From an uncultured Prevotella sp. (GTDB lineage: Bacteria > Bacteroidota > Bacteroidia > Bacteroidales > Bacteroidaceae), in NCBI RefSeq assembly GCF_937930345.1, contig NZ_CALGLB010000031.1: a stretch of 64,000 nt of DNA; one strand, written 5' to 3'. A model generated the notes under the pieces. The model was given only the letters and a program-made list of their open reading frames with translations, ran no database searches and was not told the origin of the DNA. A program made the position numbers and the translations under genes. Shown here piece by piece: positions 60,007-64,000 of this stretch (position 1 is the first letter of the stretch; each line of letters starts with the position of its first letter).

Positions 60007-60075
60007 CCTCCGACCAAAAGCAAGAACGGACAGCCGTCATCCGGTTGTCCGTTCTTGCTTGCGTTTGTTCCGTTC

Positions 60076-60438
60076 TCAGCAATGGCCTCCTTTGGCTATC
60101 GGCACAAACAGCATATAGGTATCCTTCTGCTCTTTGGCGTACGCTTTCCGTAAAAGCCACGAACGGAACACATGGGTATAATAGGTATTCAGGCGGAACG
60201 CTATCGGTATAATGATTTCAAGGGAATAGACATCGGCATTCAGACCGTTTTCCAGCCGGACATACCGGCACACCTCAAAGTCATTCAGCACGTCCGTTTT
60301 CAGGATTGCCCGGATAGCCGCATTAACCGCTGTTGTTGTCACATTGAACAGTTCTCCGATTTCCCATGCCGTCATCCATACATCGTTACCGGTTACGGTT
60401 ACCGATTTTCCTTCTATGGTAATGATATTTCGTTTCAT
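60076..60438 (-). CDS. small DNA-binding-like protein next to the integrase (ORF6N/KilA-N-like, tentative)
   Basis: ...VWMTAWEIGELFNVTTTAVNAAIRAILKTDVLNDFEVCRYVRL... resembles the ORF6N pattern. The gene is 12 nt downstream of int. Confidence 0.4.
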   Translation of the reverse strand: MKRNIITIEGKSVTVTGNDVWMTAWEIGELFNVTTTAVNAAIRAILKTDVLNDFEVCRYVRLENGLNADVYSLEIIIPIAFRLNTYYTHVFRSWLLRKAYAKEQKDTYMLFVPIAKGGHC

Positions 60439-60450
60439 GATTCTTCTTTT

Positions 60451-61686
60451 TTAGATGTTGCATCCTTTGAACTCTTCTATGCTGCCAAGACGTGCGACAA
60501 GATTTTCCATATCCTGATTGAGCTTTTCTTTTGTAATCTTCGCATAGATTTGCGTCGTCTTGATGCTCTTGTGTCCGAGCATCGAACTCACCGTTTCAAT
60601 AGGTACGCCGTTTGACAGGAATACCGTTGTCGCCGCCGTGTGGCGGCTCTGGTGCCATGTAAGGTGTTTCGTGATACCGCACCGTTTGGCTACGGCACGT
60701 ATTCCACAGAGGCAAGTCATGTAATGTGGGACAGGGAATATCCTTCCGTCCTCACACAGTCCGCGGTATTTTTCTATGATTCTTCGGGGCAGGTCCAGTA
60801 GGCGGATATTCGATTCCACGCCCGTCTTCTGGCGGTTGATGTTTATCCACTCATGGTTGTCGAAGTATGTACGGATATTTTCCTCACGCAGATTGCGCAT
60901 ATCGGAGAATGACAACCCCGTGAACGCACAGAACAGATACAGGTCACGGTAAAGCTCCTGTTTGGCGTTTTTCAGTTTGCCGTCCATCAGCATACGGATT
61001 TCCTCTTTCGTGAGAAACCCTCTTGTCGTTTCCTCTTTCTTGATTTCATATTCACGGAACGGGTCGCGTGTCAGCCATTCATTGTTAATGGCAATGAACA
61101 CCATTGTCCGTAACGGACACACATAAAGCCAGACCGTATTGGTACAGCAGTGCTTGTCCGTGCGGAGAAACATTTCAAAATCGGAGATAAATGCCGGAGT
61201 AAGTTCCTTCAGGGCAATATCCTTCACATGGTATCGGATATTCAGGAACTCTTGCAGGTGCTTGTAAACGACCAGATATTTTGAAAGCGTGGCTTTGGCT
61301 TTCATGCCGGCTTCCACCTGTTTTGCATAATCCTCGTTGTGCTGGCGGAACACCTGCATCAGTGTATGGCAGCGGTGTTCCAGTCCGAGAAAGGCATTCT
61401 TCACTTTTTCAGCCGTCACAAAATTGTCACGCTCCATGATTTCCTGATAGTGCCTGTTGATGCTCACACGCATCTTGTCAAGCAGGCGGTTTGTTTCAAG
61501 TGCGGCTGAACTTCTTCCCGTGACACGTCCGCCTTTCGTGTCCCACAATTTTGGATCGACCGAAAGTTTGCTGCTGAATTGCGTCTGCGTTCCGTCCACT
61601 GTGATACGTCCCATAACCGGTACTGTACCGTCTTTCTTCACTGCCTGTCTTTTCAGGTAGAAGATAACTGAAAATGTACTCTTCAT
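60451..61686 (-). CDS. int: tyrosine site-specific recombinase (CTn/NBU-type integrase)
   Basis: N-terminal arm-binding/SAM-like domains and a catalytic C-terminus ...HQSRHTAATTVFLSNGVPIETVSSMLGHKSIKTTQIYAKI. Confidence 0.9.
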   Translation of the reverse strand: MKSTFSVIFYLKRQAVKKDGTVPVMGRITVDGTQTQFSSKLSVDPKLWDTKGGRVTGRSSAALETNRLLDKMRVSINRHYQEIMERDNFVTAEKVKNAFLGLEHRCHTLMQVFRQHNEDYAKQVEAGMKAKATLSKYLVVYKHLQEFLNIRYHVKDIALKELTPAFISDFEMFLRTDKHCCTNTVWLYVCPLRTMVFIAINNEWLTRDPFREYEIKKEETTRGFLTKEEIRMLMDGKLKNAKQELYRDLYLFCAFTGLSFSDMRNLREENIRTYFDNHEWININRQKTGVESNIRLLDLPRRIIEKYRGLCEDGRIFPVPHYMTCLCGIRAVAKRCGITKHLTWHQSRHTAATTVFLSNGVPIETVSSMLGHKSIKTTQIYAKITKEKLNQDMENLVARLGSIEEFKGCNI

Positions 61687-62054
61687 CGTTCTAAAATTTT
61701 TTTGGTTTCAAATTTAGTTCGTGAAGAATCCTTCGTCGCTACGCAAATCATTGAGGAATACTGCAATTCTCGTTCACGCCGCATTTTCTTGCGTGAGTTG
61801 TTAGTAACTCACTGGAAGTTAGTATTTTCTATATTCTTCCAACCTCATCATAACCTGTTTTGGGCATGGTCACGAATTGGTAACGTTGCGATGTCCTAAC
61901 TTGGCTTTTTCATTGCTTTTTCTGTCTTTCATTTTTTCAAGCCATCTTCCTAAAACGCCTATCTGCCAATAACTTTGCTACATTTTTCTGTTTATCACTT
62001 TTTATTCGTACTTTTGTAGCGTAACTTTATGAAACTAATTATTATTTTAAAATT

Positions 62055-62618
62055 ATGACAACAGGAATTATTATTTTAGTTATCGTCGTACTGCTTGCAA
62101 TATGGTGCGTAAGCCTGTACAACAATCTTGTAAAACTTAGAAACAACCGCGAAAACGCCTTTGCCAACATCGACGTGCAGCTAAAACAGCGCCACGACCT
62201 GGTACCACAGCTGGTTGCCACCGTGAAAGGCTATGCCACACACGAGCGCGAAGTGCTACAAAGGGTAACAGAAGCGCGCACGGCAGCAATGGGAGCAACA
62301 ACAATAAACGACAAGATTAATGCAGAAAACGCATTGACAAGTGCGCTTGCCGGTCTTAAAGTATCGCTCGAGGCTTATCCTGACCTGAAGGCTAACCAGA
62401 ACTTCATGCAGCTGCAGAACGAGATTGCTGACCTTGAGAACAAACTTGCCGCAGTACGCAGATTCTTCAATTCGGCAACAAGAGAGCTCAACAATGCCGT
62501 TGAGACATTCCCGTCAAATATCTTTGCCAAAATGTTCGGATTTAAAAAAGAACCTATGTTCGAGGTTCCACAGGAAGAGCGCGCAACATACGACAAAGCA
62601 CCTGAAATTAAATTCTAA
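62055..62618 (+). CDS. lemA: LemA family protein
   Basis: N-terminal TM helix, then YNNLVKLRNNRENAFANIDVQLKQRHDLVPQLV.... Confidence 0.85.
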   Translation: MTTGIIILVIVVLLAIWCVSLYNNLVKLRNNRENAFANIDVQLKQRHDLVPQLVATVKGYATHEREVLQRVTEARTAAMGATTINDKINAENALTSALAGLKVSLEAYPDLKANQNFMQLQNEIADLENKLAAVRRFFNSATRELNNAVETFPSNIFAKMFGFKKEPMFEVPQEERATYDKAPEIKF

Positions 62619-62636
62619 CATAAATCGCAAGCATAT

Positions 62637-63650
62637 ATGAGATATGTCGGAATGCACACCCAGATAATGCGCAACAACAGATTGACAATAATGTTGCTGA
62701 TCTTGTTTCCCGTAATAATTCTGGGCATGGTATGGGTATTCCTCGCATTGGTAAACTATTTTGGAAACGGATATTACGACCAATACGGCAACGTTGTACA
62801 TCAGCTTGACGCCGAAACGGTAAACTATTATTTCATGAACACCATACCATGGGTCATCGTGGGCGTAGGAATATGGTTTACAATAGCGTATTTTGCAAAT
62901 ACGGCAATGGTACGTGCCGCTACAGGAGCAAGACCGCTTACACGTAAGGAAAATCCCAAAATCTATAACATCGTTGAAAATCTTTGCATGACATGCAACA
63001 TGGACATGCCTAAGATAAACATCGTAGACGACCCGCAGCTGAACGCTTTTGCAAGCGGTATAGATAAAAAGAGCTATACGGTTACGCTGACAACAGGAAT
63101 AATCGACAGACTCAACGATGACGAACTTGCAGGAGTGATAGCTCACGAGCTGACACACATCCGCAATCACGACACAAGACTGCTGATAACAAGCATCATT
63201 TTTGTCGGCATCGTATCAACCATAATGAGCCTCGTTATCCAGATGATGTATAACGCATTCTGGTTTGGAGGATTTAGCAGTCGCAACAACGATGACGAAG
63301 ACAACCGCGGCAACGGCTTGTCGATGATTGTAGTATTCATTATCGGAGCATTATGCTGTGCTGTTGCTTACTTCTTCACTTTGCTTACACGTTTTGCAAT
63401 ATCGCGTAAACGTGAATATATGGCCGATGCCGGAGGTGCTGAGCTTTGCGGCAATCCTTTGGCGCTTGCTTCTGCTCTGAGAAAGATATCAGGCGATCCT
63501 GGATTGAATAACGTCAAGCGTGACGATATCGCACAGCTGTTCATTATTCATCCACAACACTTCGCACCGGGCATGATGAATTTCTTTAATTCATTATTCA
63601 GCACACACCCTGACACAAAGAAGAGAATAGAGATACTTGAACAATTCTAA
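62637..63650 (+). CDS. M48-family (HtpX-like) zinc metalloprotease
   Basis: HELTHIRNHD (HExxH), four TM segments, and classic pairing with lemA. The start may be an internal ATG (codon 6 or 11). Confidence 0.85.
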   Translation: MRYVGMHTQIMRNNRLTIMLLILFPVIILGMVWVFLALVNYFGNGYYDQYGNVVHQLDAETVNYYFMNTIPWVIVGVGIWFTIAYFANTAMVRAATGARPLTRKENPKIYNIVENLCMTCNMDMPKINIVDDPQLNAFASGIDKKSYTVTLTTGIIDRLNDDELAGVIAHELTHIRNHDTRLLITSIIFVGIVSTIMSLVIQMMYNAFWFGGFSSRNNDDEDNRGNGLSMIVVFIIGALCCAVAYFFTLLTRFAISRKREYMADAGGAELCGNPLALASALRKISGDPGLNNVKRDDIAQLFIIHPQHFAPGMMNFFNSLFSTHPDTKKRIEILEQF

Positions 63651-63741
63651 GAAAAGCACCAGATTAAGAGGGTGACTCAAAAGTCAAATTTCAAAAAGGT
63701 GAACTTACAAACAGAAACTTAGTCATCGTAATTTTATTAAT

Positions 63742-63790
63742 AAGAGCCTTATCATAACGCCAAAAAAGGAGTTTGATAAGGCTCTTTTAT
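63742..63790 (+). terminator. rho-independent terminator after the htpX-like gene
   Basis: AAGAGCCTTATCA, a loop, then TGATAAGGCTCTT followed by TT. Confidence 0.6.
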
Positions 63791-63929
63791 ACTAAAAACT
63801 TACAATCTGTAATTCCTTAGAAAATGTATTTTACTTTTGGGTCGGCCTCAATTATTTTTTATCTTTATAATAAGTACAAAGATAATATACACACGTTTAC
63901 TTTAAAAAGAAACTTCATAAATTCTATAA

Positions 63930-64000
63930 ATGAAAACACTTTTATCCATAACCTTTATACTTATTTACTCTGTAAAAGTATCTTCTCAAAAGTTCATCCC
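63930..64000 (+). CDS. 5' fragment of a secreted protein (runs off the window)
   Basis: ATG at 63930 followed by a signal-peptide-like MKTLLSITFILIYSVKVSSQ. Only 23 codons are visible. Confidence 0.3.
   Translation, partial: MKTLLSITFILIYSVKVSSQKFI

Larger units (their letters stand above)
31856..61900. mobile_element. GC-rich integrated element of about 30 kb: a conjugative-transposon remnant or genomic island (backbone without a transfer module, plus cargo)
   Basis: Composition changes abruptly at about 31855 and more gradually at 61700-62000. It contains a terminal tyrosine integrase, Xis-like HTH genes, DUF3945-like, Topo III, DUF1896-like and methylase-helicase genes. The ends are approximate; the right end is uncertain by about 100-150 bp. 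Confidence 0.7.

Noticed and set aside
31800-62000. Direct repeats marking attL/attR of the island
   Set aside because: The only shared string I could find near both borders is TATTTTC (7 nt), which is too short to be meaningful in AT-rich DNA. The exact ends therefore remain undefined.

Overview
This 64-kb window comes from an AT-rich Bacteroidales-type chromosome. The taxon call rests on TAnnTTTG -7 promoter boxes, an atpDC...atpBEFHAG operon layout, lipoprotein type V pilins and a Bacteroides-style conjugative-transposon (CTn) backbone. Positions 1 to about 31.85 kb and about 61.9 to 64 kb are ordinary housekeeping DNA: tgt, lptF/G-like, a DEAD-box helicase, ssb, two tRNA clusters, nspC, prs, gdhA, a two-component system, the complete F-ATPase operon, pfkA, C69 and M23 peptidases, nadC, lemA and htpX-like. 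This part also holds one decayed IS1182-type transposase next to tRNA-Glu. Between the housekeeping stretches lies a mosaic island of about 30 kb that is clearly more GC-rich (sampled 60-nt lines about 58 percent GC versus about 30 percent in the host). A tyrosine integrase sits at its right end. The island carries the integrase-proximal CTn backbone: integrase, four small HTH/Xis-like genes, a DUF3945-like protein, topoisomerase III, a DUF1896-like protein and a 1963-aa methyltransferase-SNF2 helicase. I find no relaxase, coupling protein or tra genes. Its cargo is an IS110-family element, a stand-alone LytTR regulator followed by a tightly packed eight-gene cassette of unknown function, a polytopic AraC-type regulator, and a type V (Mfa/FimA-like) pilus operon. 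The cassette includes three divergent paralogues, a zinc-ribbon protein and a peptidoglycan-binding muramidase. The leucine-rich-repeat tip gene of the pilus operon is broken by an in-frame TGA, and the left island junction cuts an ORF. The LytTR-headed cassette, which has a perfect direct-repeat pair in its promoter region, is my best candidate for an undescribed system. All homology calls are from reading the translations by eye; no searches were run.
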